Assembly: GCA_030704615.1 (NCBI GenBank)
Contig: CM060732.1
Span: 64,790,001-64,854,000, forward strand
Direction of reading: 5' to 3'
Source of the DNA: Takakia lepidozioides
Taxonomy: Eukaryota; Plantae; Bryophyta
DNA: 64,000 nucleotides
Below, piece after piece: positions 50,239 to 62,392 of the stretch. The notes below the pieces were generated by a model. That model was given only the letters and a program-made list of their open reading frames with translations. It made no database searches and had not been told where the DNA came from. Each line of letters begins with the position of its first letter. Positions within the stretch are counted from its first letter, which is position 1. The position numbers were made by a program, and so were the translations under genes.

Positions 50239-52279
50239 TTTATTTGGTATGTTAGATCGATGTCATGTACTGTACATGTATACCAAACTTTGATGTTGTG
50301 TTTCTAGCTCATGAGTTGATCAGTGAGCATGTGTACGTTTCAGTTATTGAGAGCAAAGTTGTGACTTTGAGGCTAAATCTTTCTTATCCGTTCACTGCGC
50401 AGCTGTTAGCAATGTAGAAGCTGTTACATTGGCCATGCTTTATTGAGCCTCAGCATTGTGTATGGGTGTGTACAATTTCTTTCCTCAATCCACAAGGCAC
50501 TGGGTGATTTATTGGAAGTTAAGCTTGGGACTTCGGCTGCTGCATGTTGTGTCTGTGATTATCTTTTACACTTCAATTCTGGCCGGCCCTCTCTCTTGCC
50601 AGCTGCCCTTCCAGTTCTCCCCGCCTCCAAGTACACGCATAAGACCAAGTAGGATAATCTATGGACATAGAGGACCAAAACACGTGGGTTGGATCATTTG
50701 GAATAGAGAGCCTCAGGGCCATAGCTTGTGCCACCTTTTGGCATGCCTCGTCCAGCTCGACCATGTATGCATCAGATGGCCGTTATAGGCAAGATGGAAA
50801 ATATGGTCCCCCACGTCAGCCCTTTCTCTGGCATGTGCTGCCAGAATTTGTGCTTCATGAGGCTCTCGTTGTGTAATTCTTACAGCCAAAATTTGTCTCC
50901 ATAGCTCTCACTTGAAATTCCAGTCTCCGGGTGATCTCTTCTACCTCTTCTTCTGCTCGTTTGATCTGCAATTTTTCTCTCCCAATCTTGCGCACTTTTC
51001 TTGCAAGGTTTGTTCTCCTCCTCCATCTCCCTCCTCTGTTTGTCACTGGTGGCAAAATACTCCTCCAGAAAACCTAGAGAATACTATCTCTCACTTTGCT
51101 CGGTGAAATGTGTCGTGTCTGGGAGATGGCATAGAGGTAGCAAATCAGTAATCCAAGGCAGCATTCTGTAACAAGCTACTCACGGATTTCAATGAAGCCC
51201 TTGCTCTGTTTAGAAGAGTATTGAGGGTGTCCTTCCCACTCGGCGGGGAGAAGAAATCCCTCCACCAATATTACACCTGTTGCATGGAGATACCAGATGC
51301 AGCCCTCTGGAGACAAAAGCGCAGAACTGCAGTTGTCCACCTCAAGGTTTTGGTGCTGTAGGTGGGGAAACGACCACTTGCCTCTAACCAAAGGTCACCA
51401 ATGCCCTGTCCGCAGTACTTATGTCTTTCCACTGAAAAATGTGCGTGTACCAATTCATATGGCTCCTCGGAGGAAGAGTAGCACACCCCCAAAACCCTCC
51501 CCCCCAAAACACACAAACATATTTTCCGTTTTCTGTGTTCAGAAACATATTTATATACATCTGTTACAAGGTGATGGCCACTGTTATGAGCTCCAGCTGC
51601 TTCATCAATCCAAGCTTCCGCCCCGGGGCATAATCTTGTACCATACTCTGAACTGCTTTTACTTGGTTGTTCAAGTCTGTTGGATCGAACGTTCTCTCCA
51701 CCAGGTCAAATGCTCACCGTGGTCTCAAAAATAGCAACAGTGCACATCATTGCCACATGGACATCCGGAAATTTAGTGTTGTACACGTGAGTTACAGATA
51801 AAAGGAAATCGCAAACTTTGGGGTGCCTCATTGCAAATTGGCATGCTTGAAACATTGTACCCCAACAAGGATGCCGAAATTGAGAGCTGAGATCATGCCC
51901 ACAGACATGTTCAGCTCACTAGATAAGGTTCCGGTTCTGCGGGAGAGACATTCAATGTCCTTGGTAAAGTAGTTTGGCAGCTGCTGTGCTTTGAATAAAC
52001 ATGTCAGGGCCTCGCTATAGATCGAAAGAGTCACCTGTAGGGTGATAATCATCCAATACTTCGGTATATCTGATTTACTAGACATAGCTAGGATACAGCA
52101 TTTTCTTTGACATACCTTCTCTTCATATTTGACAAAGGGGTCACTTTCTTACTGCACTACCAAAAAGCCAGCCACACCAAAAATGATAAGCTCTACACTC
52201 CCTGCAGAATTTGCCAAAGGCCAAAAGCTTGACAAAACCTTTCCATCCGGTAAAAAGACAGCAGGGCTCTTCGAGTCTG

Positions 52280-55200
52280 GTCCAAGATTGCAGATACGGC
52301 ATGTAAGGGCATCAACAACACCGGGTCCCGTGGCATTGAGGAAATCACTGTGCGACTGGACACTGGAAAACCCAAGGGGGGAAATTACCAGAGGCTTTTG
52401 ATTGGCTCCTAAATAGAGGGTGTCAATCAATCTGTGAAGCTCTTTTACATCCGCAGCATACTGCTCGGCTGTACCGCTGGCTCCCACACCGGACCCACTG
52501 AGCTCTTTCCGTGCACAAATGAATTGTAAACATATCAATGTACACTAGCTCCTGGCTGGACAAATACCTTCTGAAACAAATCCCCTGGTCTATAGCAGCT
52601 GCAATGAACATATGAATAAGACTAAGGAATAAGTTACATGCTGGAGCTTCAGCAGGAGGTGTGGAACCATGGGAAATATCAAGGTTAAAGCTGGGGTCCC
52701 CTGCTAGTAGGGGACCCCAGGATTGTCTGGCTACACGTTTACTTGTACAAGGAAAGGAGACCAAGATGGACAGCAGTAAAGATGAGCAAATGAAATGAAA
52801 CGGTGCTTTATACCGTCCGCGGAAAGCTCGTAGAGCTTATGGGACAAAATGGAAGAAAACATGAGAGAGAGAGAGGAACAATCCAGAAAAACCAATTAAT
52901 GTTCTAGCGATTGTCTAAGGGTGAAGGCCTCGTGTAGGTAGGCTGCCACGCATTTTTGATCCTCATAGTGAAAGACATCAGTGAGAGTTTGGGTTCCACT
53001 GAATAAACAGTGAAATCTCCCACGGATCTCGTAGTATAGAGGGCAGTAGAAGAAGAAGTGTTCTTCAGTTTCAATTTCCTTGCTGCGCCCTATGCAAGCT
53101 GGACATAGGCGGTCCTCCCGTTGCAGGTTTTCCCATCTGCCAGTCTCTATCCGTAGGTTGTGGGAACCCACCCGGAACCGCCCCAATGCCCTCAAGAGGG
53201 AAGGAGATAAGGGTGCTGAAAGGTAATTTGGTCTCAAGATTCTATCATCGCGGAGCACCAAGAATGTCTCTCGATAGAAGTGGAGCTTTGTCGTGAGATT
53301 GGGTAGCATCCAAGTTCTCTTGACATGTAATTCCATAAGCTCTCTCCGAATGAGTCTGTTGCGGTCATGTCTGGATGTGATGTCCACCTCATCTGGGTTC
53401 ATTGGTAATAGGAAAGCAGTAGAAAGTCCGTTACGTTGAAATAAACTGTCCACTCGAGCATACCAGGAGTTCCTGAAACCTGCAGCTTTGAGCCTCATAG
53501 ATGTTGTGAGGGCCCTTGCCACTAGCCCTTTGGGTGGAAGGGCCTGCAATCTATGGAGAAAGATTGTAAGCCTGAAGAGGGCCTCGGATTGCAATGGTAC
53601 ACATGCGAACTCTGCACCTAGGATCTGAGATGGAGTTGTGCTCCTGGCGCCAAGCATTGCTTGGAGAAAAGATGACTGTAGTGGTTCCAAATTCTTTTCC
53701 CACCAGGAGACAGGGACACCAGGTGCCCAGAACTCACAACCATAGATGGTAGCAGGGCTGACGACGATGTCAAACAGCCACTTTTTGGTCGGGGGATGCC
53801 GCAGATGTATTTGCGGCATTTGGCCTGAAGACGGAGGCGCCCTTACCTTTAGTCAACCTGTCCAAGGCAGTGGCTGCAAAGTGAAACCTGGGGGAGTGGA
53901 TAACCAGACCTAGGTACCGGTATGATTTCACAATCTCAATTTCCTGCTGGTTGAAGATGAATCTACGATCAGCCTGGCCATTGAAGACCATGATCTTGGT
54001 CTTGCTAAGATTGACCTGCAACCCATAGTCTTTGCAGAACTGTTCCAAAATTTTGGAGATGGCGTTGCAGAAAGACCGGGGATTGTGCCAAAAGGGCAAC
54101 ATCATCAGCATAGAGGAGATCTGATTGGGTTGGTCCCCCATCCAATGGGACCCCAACCCCATGGTTTTTTGATATGTAATTCTCCAAGGAAAGGAAGGAT
54201 GCGGCAGGTGGTGTCCAGCACATCAAGACCCCATCTCATGCATAATTTATTGTGTGAAAAAGAAAACTAGACTGTTGCAACATACCGGTTCTCTCAATTC
54301 TGCAAGAAATAAGCTGTCCCAAAAGTTAAGAGGGCTTGAAGGTAAATTCTTGCTGAGGTGATCATTACGCATATATAGAAGGCGGAAGGCAGTGGAAAAG
54401 TCAGCACCAGTGATGCTCTTAGTTGGCTTTCCAAGTCAAGCTGGGCATGTGAGCTGCTTTTACAGTAAGGTAGAGCACCCACTCCATGTTTAACATCATC
54501 TACTTGTGTATGTGATACATTCCTTGAAAACCTCCCATTAACAGTCGAGTCTCCAGATACTCACGAACATGAGCACAGAGCCGATTCGGTTATCCATGAA
54601 GTAGTATAGTACTCAGACCTCAGCACAGTTTCTAAAAGTAAATAGATTACAAGATACTTGGATACATGTTAAGAATTAGGATAAAGTTAAGCTTTTCCAC
54701 TTGAAAACAATCAGCATGGAAGTCTACCCGAAGTCTAGGAGAAATTCTTACTGCAGCCAGGGTTCGGGGACCCAGCATGGCCAAACAGGTTGTCTCTTTC
54801 ATCGGTGCCACAAACCAGACATGAAGTTTCTGTCATGCCATATCCTGCGGCAACTCGCCCTACCACAGCATCTGCACCCACCCCACATTTAATGAGAGTA
54901 CATCCTTGGCATATTGAGCACAGACAAATTGCGAAGTACGAATTTACCTTGACCAAATGTTACAAACAAAGTCTGGAAAAGCTAAATTATGTGGGGGATG
55001 CTGGAAGATGGGGGACTGGGGCACTTAGCTGTAAGTGTATGTCTAGTTCTTCGGCAACTTACTATTCAGCCAATTATAGCTAAATCCGTTTTCAGATTGT
55101 ATCAATTACCTGTGGTACTACCAAAGCTGACTTTAGTAGTACTGGAAGCTTTGGCAAGTTTTCTTTGATTATGCTTGCAGCTTCCATTGGATCCTGGTAT

Positions 55201-56540
55201 ACAGAAAAAAACGACATATTCAAGTTAGGTACTAAGACAGCTAAGCTTTCTGCTGGCCTCAAATTGTTGGTGTTATTTACACTGTTGTGTGATCTGCCTG
55301 TGTGACATTCTTGCATTTCTTGACACAGGGAGCAATGCTTGCTCCTCACTTGCTCACTACAACCTCATGGCCAGGGCAGTAGGGAGTAGCATGACCGACC
55401 ATCTTAGCCCGGCAGACACGTAGGTGCATTGAGTTTGATCTCACTAGGTTTCCAAGGCTTCTGTATAGACAACCTCAGAAATCACTTGGTAGATGGCTTT
55501 GCTATCATGGCAGGACTTCTCAATTTGAGGACAAGTTAGAAAGCGAATGTTCAAGATTCTCTTTGGACACTAGTATGGTGTGGCGAAAGGCTTCTATCAA
55601 AGGGGTAAGAGACAGCACAAGTTTTCTTTGAATATAAACATCTTATAAAAATGTCTTTGGACATCCAGACCAACAAGTGCATCGGTCTAATGTTTTACAT
55701 CCGCGCGCTAACAAGCTTCTCCACATAACACAATACCTGCAAGTGATCTGGCTTCTACACGTGCCATGCATTATGTACATTCCTCCAAGCTGCCTTTGGT
55801 ACACACATACCTGTATACATTCCACTTTCTAGTGCTCAATTTTTCTGGCAACACAATACTGTAGCCTTGATCTGCCCCTCCACACCAAGTTTCAAAGCAT
55901 GTCGAGGATTGATAATCTTGTTCTTTCTGCATCGATCCTAGTCTTCCTGTCAGTGGCCAAGATATCTAAAGATGTTGGTCTCCACTCTTTTGTCCTCTTT
56001 CAGCTCCCTCTCAATTGTTCTTTCTCTCTTCATCTAGCCTCTTGCATAATTCCAAGGATGATAAAACGCCACCCTGAGCGTTTGGAGATCGCGTGGACTG
56101 GTCAAGAGTTACGACTAAGAGACAAACAAATAAACCAACACAATGCACTACAAACAATCATCCTACCATTCTAGACTTAACTGGAAAAGCTCGTGGATTC
56201 CGCCAACACACCATCGGTCGAGGAAGAAACAGCAACTCCGGACGGAACTTGTTGCATAAGCTCCTAAGGTTTACGATTTAGGAGAGCGACAATGTTGATA
56301 CGTTGATACCCTGAAGAAAACGGCCAGGGACAGATTTGCACTCGGCACTGTTCAGTCCATCTCTCAACAAGAAAATTTCCGTAACCTCCTGCAGGTTGAC
56401 ACTGGATTGTAGGTCCGTTTACGTTCATTGACGGGGACGAGTATGTCTTTCTCTGATCGAGTGAGTCCCAACCCACGATGAGTAGTGTAGTCCACAGCGC
56501 AAGGGCGGAGGCTCGGCGGATGCAGCCGATTGACCGCAAA
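52280..56540 (-). pseudogene. Heparanase-like GH79 pseudogene interrupted by a LINE
   Basis: ELSGSGVGA...AEQYAADVKEL...KPLVISP.GF...GPGVVDALT...NLGP (52280-52510); degraded upstream exons near 54750, 55130 and 56280-56540 (W.EQC...ICPW). Confidence 0.75.
52790..54230 (-). mobile_element. 5'-truncated LINE (family A): RT C-terminal half and Cys/His finger
   Basis: LLYADDVALL, GLQVNLSKTKIMVF, YRYLGL, RFRVGSHNLRIETGRW...CPAC...EEHFFFYC; frameshifts; tttca-type tail. Confidence 0.92.
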
Positions 56541-58062
56541 GTCGATCTGTTACGTTCTCTTTACAATGACTGCAAGACTGCCGAGGCATGACTCCGTTGC
56601 ACTGCAGTTGCCAATAAGACTCGCAGCAACATGACTCTTCTTAATCTCGCGCTAATTCCTGAACAGAAGTACAGAGGCTGTGATTGCACGCGCCATGGCG
56701 TAGTAGCACGGACACCTTGGCATCGAGATGTTGGACAGTCGGAACAGAACTTACGTGGACTGCTTCATATCCTCATGACTGATCCGAGGACAAAATTGGA
56801 CGCAGTCATTGAAGTCAAGGAATCATCACTGCCGTTGAAGGCTGAAGCCCTACACTTGGCTCTTACGACAACAACCGCCAGTTTGGTTAGTACATTGTGT
56901 CACTTTTAAAGGTTTATCAGATTCGAACTGCCCGTGTAAGCGAGCTGTTGACCCCCTGTTGACAGTGCGCTCTGTCCATCAGGTGCCACTAGCGAAGAAC
57001 AGCACAGCAATTCAAACGCGCATGCCCATCTCAGCACAGGGAGGAAGGATATTGAGTTCATTCCGAGAGTATGAATCGCTTTTATAAGAGGCACATATCT
57101 ATGTCGACCCCAATGGAGCTCATAATGCAGGTGCCAGTAGAGTTTGAGAAGGTAAAGGATGAGAAACCCAGCGGATCATTTGAATGCTGAGAACCTAAAA
57201 TCAAATGCGTCCCAGAAAGAAGAAATCCCCTGGGAGAGCTTTGATAGATTGCTCCAAAATTTCACCCATTTTTTCTTTCTTCTAACAACCATCCTTCGAA
57301 AGTCCATAGTGGGTAAGCAGATTTGCAAGCATACGATGTTCATGATGGTCGCAACTTATCTCAAGTGGCAATAAGGAAACTAAGTAATCCTCCCAGGTTT
57401 TGTGGTGTTTGCAGTTTGCAGCAACGTTTTGCAAGATGGCCAGTACTTAATTCAAGCTCTTGTGCCCTTGTAAACACAGAAGCTCGGTTCCAGGATAACA
57501 CACATTTCTTTCTAGAATGGTTCCAATATAGGCATTCACCCCTGGATAATATTACATGAACCTCGGCTGAGAGCTCAGAGACTGTGAGATGTCATCATCT
57601 AGGAAACTTATAGAAAGTGAACAACTAAGCTCTGATCCTTATCGACAAGATCACCTTACAGGCGTGATTAGCCCAAGGTGTTCCTCTCTCTTGTATGGAG
57701 AGTCGAAGACCTTAACTGTACTCAGGTTAGTTTGCCCCCAAGGTGAAAAAAACATGGGGTCCCACAAACAAGTATGCCCGTGATATTATCAAACGTGAGG
57801 CGGAGAAATGGCCAAACAGAAATGACGTTACTTGTAAAGGTACACGTAGTTGATGAACAGTATAATATTTGGAGCTTGTCAGTTCAAACTGCAGAAGGAC
57901 TAAAATAGAACACAGGCCTGCATCATCAGGCTCGAGTTATTTACGCTAGCTACTGCAGCCCATGCCTTCTCTTTTAACGATAAACATATGTACTTTATAG
58001 TCAGCCCTGCATGCAGGCCTGCAGCTTTGGTCTAGATAGTGATCTGGCGTGAAAACCATGCC

Positions 58063-58458
58063 TCAAGTGTGATAGACGTTAACGTTCACTGTAGGATTAG
58101 TGAAGCCATAAATGTAGCCTCCCACAAGGCCATTCTGTTGACATTGTTCGATGATGGCAGCTAAATAGTTCCGGGCTTGTTGGCATGGGACGCATTGCCC
58201 GCAGTCACCACATATGTCGGTGGCCGCTGTTCCAGCAGAGCACATATTGGTGCATGTACCACCGCAGTTATCTTGACAGCAGTCAGTGTTACCTTTAGCG
58301 ATCAGATAGTTCACGCAGCTGTTCGCATCGGCGGCACTAGGACTGCCTCCACTGACATGGCATACTGCGTCCGCGTTTACTCGTTCGCTTGCAAGTAAAA
58401 GGATCGTGAGGAATGCAAAGAGCAGTTGCAGCCCTGAGAGCATGCTTCCGGATGCCAT
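58063..58458 (-). CDS. Secreted 12-Cys small protein, 131 aa (fungal Ecp2/Hce2/KP4-fold-like)
   Basis: Hydrophobic signal peptide ending VNA|D; 102-aa mature part with 12 Cys; intronless, intact ORF with a paralogous pseudogene. The family assignment is inference. Confidence 0.85.
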   Translation of the reverse strand: MASGSMLSGLQLLFAFLTILLLASERVNADAVCHVSGGSPSAADANSCVNYLIAKGNTDCCQDNCGGTCTNMCSAGTAATDICGDCGQCVPCQQARNYLAAIIEQCQQNGLVGGYIYGFTNPTVNVNVYHT

Positions 58459-59440
58459 GTTAATGAAGGATGGCGTTGGATGCGGCTGCTGGAGTTGCTG
58501 GGATTGAGAACTTGGTCAAAAAACTGCACAACGCATTTGATTTTCTGTTAGGGATACCATGTCAAAAACAAGAGAGAAACAAAGCAGAGATTGAGTTGGC
58601 CACATGGCCACATTGAGCAACATTGAACTCGTGAAGTATGTACACTATCAAAGAGAATCTCAGAATCATGCAAGTTTCGTGTATGCATTAACTAAAGGTC
58701 TTTCAACTCCTGTCAGTGTTGTAACACTTTTCGAATGCAAGTGAGAACTAAGTGGTAGTATAGATTGAAGGTCATGAGACTACATTCAGCGGCCATTTGA
58801 CTACATTTCGAGATAAGCTATGGCGTTTCAGATAACTCGATCACCTAGCACAGATTGATCAAGACGACGTGAGCTCAACAACAATGACTAAGCTTGAATC
58901 CTTGACGTTTTTGTACATGTTTGCAGGTTGATGAATCCTCTACTAACAATGATGGTTTCAATCGAAACTGTAATAAGGCTCATAAGGCTGCTGGCAGCTC
59001 ACCCACGTTGATCACTACACTTGCACGTTCGGTTGGAGTGAACCAGAGAGCTTGTCTTGTCGGTGTGGAAGATCACGATGGTTCTTCCAATTTATACAGC
59101 AGAGCGCGTTGGATGGATATACCCCCGCAGATCCGATGTGTTGACCGTCAGACCCCATGAAGATCGTTGCTGATCACGCGGATAAGGAACCGCAGAAAAT
59201 CACCGCAGTAAGCCAGTGAGTAGACTTTGTAGCCCATGACTTTTAAAACCAGATGTACAAAATATCCATAGTTTCATCCGGACCCGTCTCCATCCTGTTC
59301 ATGGGACCTCCCAAAATGTTTCTTTTCCTCTCTCTGCCATGTTGTGGTGTACAACACCTAACTTAGACTTGATTTCAGACTGGGAAGCCTACCGCAGTTG
59401 TTGATGAGGGTGGTGGAGTTGGTGGTTGTATTGACTATGT

Positions 59441-61005
59441 ATTAAAGGAAATCTCAAGGTCAATATGATTTCTTAATTGTTGGATGGTCGGGCGTCAAAC
59501 TTTATTAATAAAGTATTGAAAGTTTGAAAAGTGAGTAACACAAGAGTTATTAATAAAGTATTGAAAGTTTGAAAAGTGAGTAACACAAGAGTTGCCGAAA
59601 TGAGAACCGAGACACCTACTGCAGGTTGCTATACAGGAAGCCACCGGTCACTAAAATGCATGGTGAGTGTCACTAAATCTGTGAACAAGTGGAATAAAAG
59701 ACCTGATGTGACTTCGATATCTGCTCCACCCACGCCGATAGTAACACTTGCCTCTATGAATTTCTCTGCACCCTTCACCACCTTGTCTTTCCCTCTTGCA
59801 ACCACTTTGATCCTACCTGCCATAAGGTAGTGGCATCTAGAAGCGTGCGCGACCTTATTATGTCCCCTATTTTTGATGAATGAAGTCGCCCTTTTTCATC
59901 CTAGTAGTGTGCACTTTTGTAAAGGAGGCGATTCAAGGTTAATTATTGCTTTGGATTAGAGATGTTTTGGAGTACAAGGGGCTTATTTAATGGTGCATTA
60001 GTGAAGCTAATTACATAGCAGCCTATTGCTTCTTATTTCAAATTCCTAATTTGTTTTTGAAAGTGGAGGCAAGTGTTTTGGGACAATGGCCAATTAATAC
60101 AACAGCCAATGCAACTGGGATGCATGGTGCACCTGTTATATAGGTTACAATGCACACATTTTTATCATGCTTCCGTTGCCAAGGATGGCGGAAGAATGGG
60201 AAATGAGGGAGCTGTGGAGTCTTCTAGCTGTGTCCACGGGGTCGGCTAGTTTAGGGTTCTCATATGGCCATATAAGAGGAGTTGTAGGTCAACTCAGGGC
60301 ATACTTAAGGGAGTTGTATATGGTCAGATTTTGCACGGGTCGTCGTCCCTCCAAAGGAAAGTTATGGGTCCTTCCATAAGTAGATGTGCCCAATCCCGCG
60401 TTGGGAGACCGTTACTTTTGGGCCCGCACATGGCTAGTTTTGTTAATTTTTGGGACAGTGTAGGTGCCATCTTGTGCACTCAGGGCAACTTAAAGCACAT
60501 ATCAAGGAGGATTATATGGCATTATAGGATGGACCTACTGAGCAGTAGTGGGATAATATGCACTTTGATTTTGATAATTCATATATAATACATCCGTGAT
60601 TGGAAAATTATGTGCTTTGCACAAATGATTGTTGCTTCATTTGCTATTCTGCTCATATAATTTTTGTGACACTACACCCTCTGAGAAGTTGCACACTGCT
60701 TGAAAGCACACTTCAAGATACCACTACCTTACCTGGCCCGACCCCCAACATAGAAAACAACTACTCATGCTGGCTCTGGCTCTCAAACCGGTATCTTGAA
60801 GTATCTAGAAACTGGAAAGTCAGCTAGAACTAGAACTATCTAGAAAGCCCACGCTAGAAAATCAATCCTTAATTTTTGGACCCGTCATTTCATTAATTAA
60901 TACAGGTGGCCTTCCTACATTGGCCCCCTCTTTTAACTCCTAAACCACAATAACTCCTGGACCATCTAGAATCAGCGCCGAATGAAACTGCTCTACATAT
61001 TTTGG
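59441..61005. mobile_element. Unclassified ~1.56-kb insertion in duplication copy B, with a 45-bp tandem duplication (59502-59591)
   Basis: Copy A reads gactatgttgcggagccac contiguously; copy B has this block between the two halves. No clear TIR or LTR. Confidence 0.6.
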
Positions 61006-61770
61006 GGAGCCACATAATAATGGAGGGCCACTTTAGACGACTCTCCAAGACTCAAAATGCATGGATCCTATTGGTCAAGGGCATTTTCTTGGTCATATTG
61101 GCTTTAAAGCTAGCAGCCGAGACCAGGAAAGTTAGGAATGACATGGCGTCTAGGTGGCACTGATGTCTCTCTCAGTGGATTGCACCCAGCAGCCTTGATG
61201 TCAGAGTCCTCCACACCAGTCATACCTTAAAGACTACACTCAACAAGTGGGTGGGGCTGGAAGCAGTAAATGCTGGATGACCATTCTCACTCAGAAGGGT
61301 AGCCCATTGGATAAGCCCGGGGAACATATCAGTGTAGACTTACAGGTCTTACAATGGAACCCCATCTGTGAGGGGATTTTGTTGGCGACTTCGCATCACG
61401 TGGAGAAAATCCGGTCAGCTCATGTTCTTACATCGTCAATACCTTTATTGGCCCACAACATTAATTGTGTGGGCTGTACTTAGTCATGCCAATCAGGAAA
61501 TCAGGAAGTATTGACATGCTAATATCTACCCCGATCCTTTAAAATTAAAATCAAACAAGGGAAGGGGACAATTAGAGAGTATATGTCCTGATGTAAATGG
61601 CTCCTGCATGCGGCCCCACACAGCTGATTGCAGGCCGTAGAAAAATGGCGACTGCATGTCAGGGCCAATTGGCCATTGTGTACTTTGGAAGTTCATAGAA
61701 TAAGTACGTGGTGGAAGCGGTAGGGGCTTGGTGACACTTTCAACGTGCATACTTGGGAGAGAAGCACACA

Positions 61771-62100
61771 CGTACGCACCCACAAATCAAGGAATTCATA
61801 TTGATCTAAAGAGATTGTCAGGGTGGTCAAAGGAGGCCGGCTATGTGCCTGACACACACTCCTTATTGCATGATGTGGAGGAGGAGCAGAAAGGAGTTTT
61901 CTTGCTTCCAACATAGTGAGAAGCTGGCCTTTTCTTTTGGGCTCATCGGTATACCCCCTGGGACGCCTGTCCATGTCATCAAGAGCATTTGGGGTGTGGT
62001 GACAACAGTACCACCAAAGATTGTTAGGAGCAGCTATTGTATGGGATGCAAATGTTTTTTAATCCTTCCACGACTGTGTTTGTTTTTGTGGGTATTAGTG
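61771..62100 (+). pseudogene. Orphan DYW deaminase-domain relic
   Basis: THPQ.KEI...KEAGYVPDTHSLLHDVEEEQK...HSEKLAFSFGLI.IPPGTP.HVIK, with degraded CxxC and terminal DYW; frameshifts; no PPR array upstream. Confidence 0.88.
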
Positions 62101-62392
62101 AAAGGGACAACATGCACAACAGAATGTGTGTTGTATCACAAGTGCCAGTGGGTTTGTGACAACCTGTAATTCTTTTGTAACCAGAGAGCAAAGCAGACAT
62201 GATTTGCATTGTTGAAGAGCTCTCTTCTTGAGCTACGCATGTCAGAATTAAGTATGGTCACCAGTGAATTCAAGGAAAAACTTTTGAGTTTTTCAGTGAA
62301 AGATACATTCAGCTTTGGAGAACATTTGAATACATATTTTATTCAAGGAGGAGTTCCTGTTTGTAGAAGTACATATCCCTTGTTAAACAATA

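Larger units (their letters stand above)
41165..61113. repeat. Direct segmental duplication: copy A ~41165-43387 and copy B ~57975-61113
   Basis: Colinear near-identity from aacgataaacata through the secreted-protein gene and its upstream region to ggtcatattggctttaa; each copy carries private insertions. Confidence 0.92.

Noticed and set aside
56600-57900. Short ORFs or gene relic
   Set aside because: No supportable homology.
58063-58458. Canonical KP4, defensin or LTP call
   Set aside because: Lacks KP4 GINCRGSS/GC..CGS and the standard Cys spacing of those families; only a fold-level resemblance is proposed.
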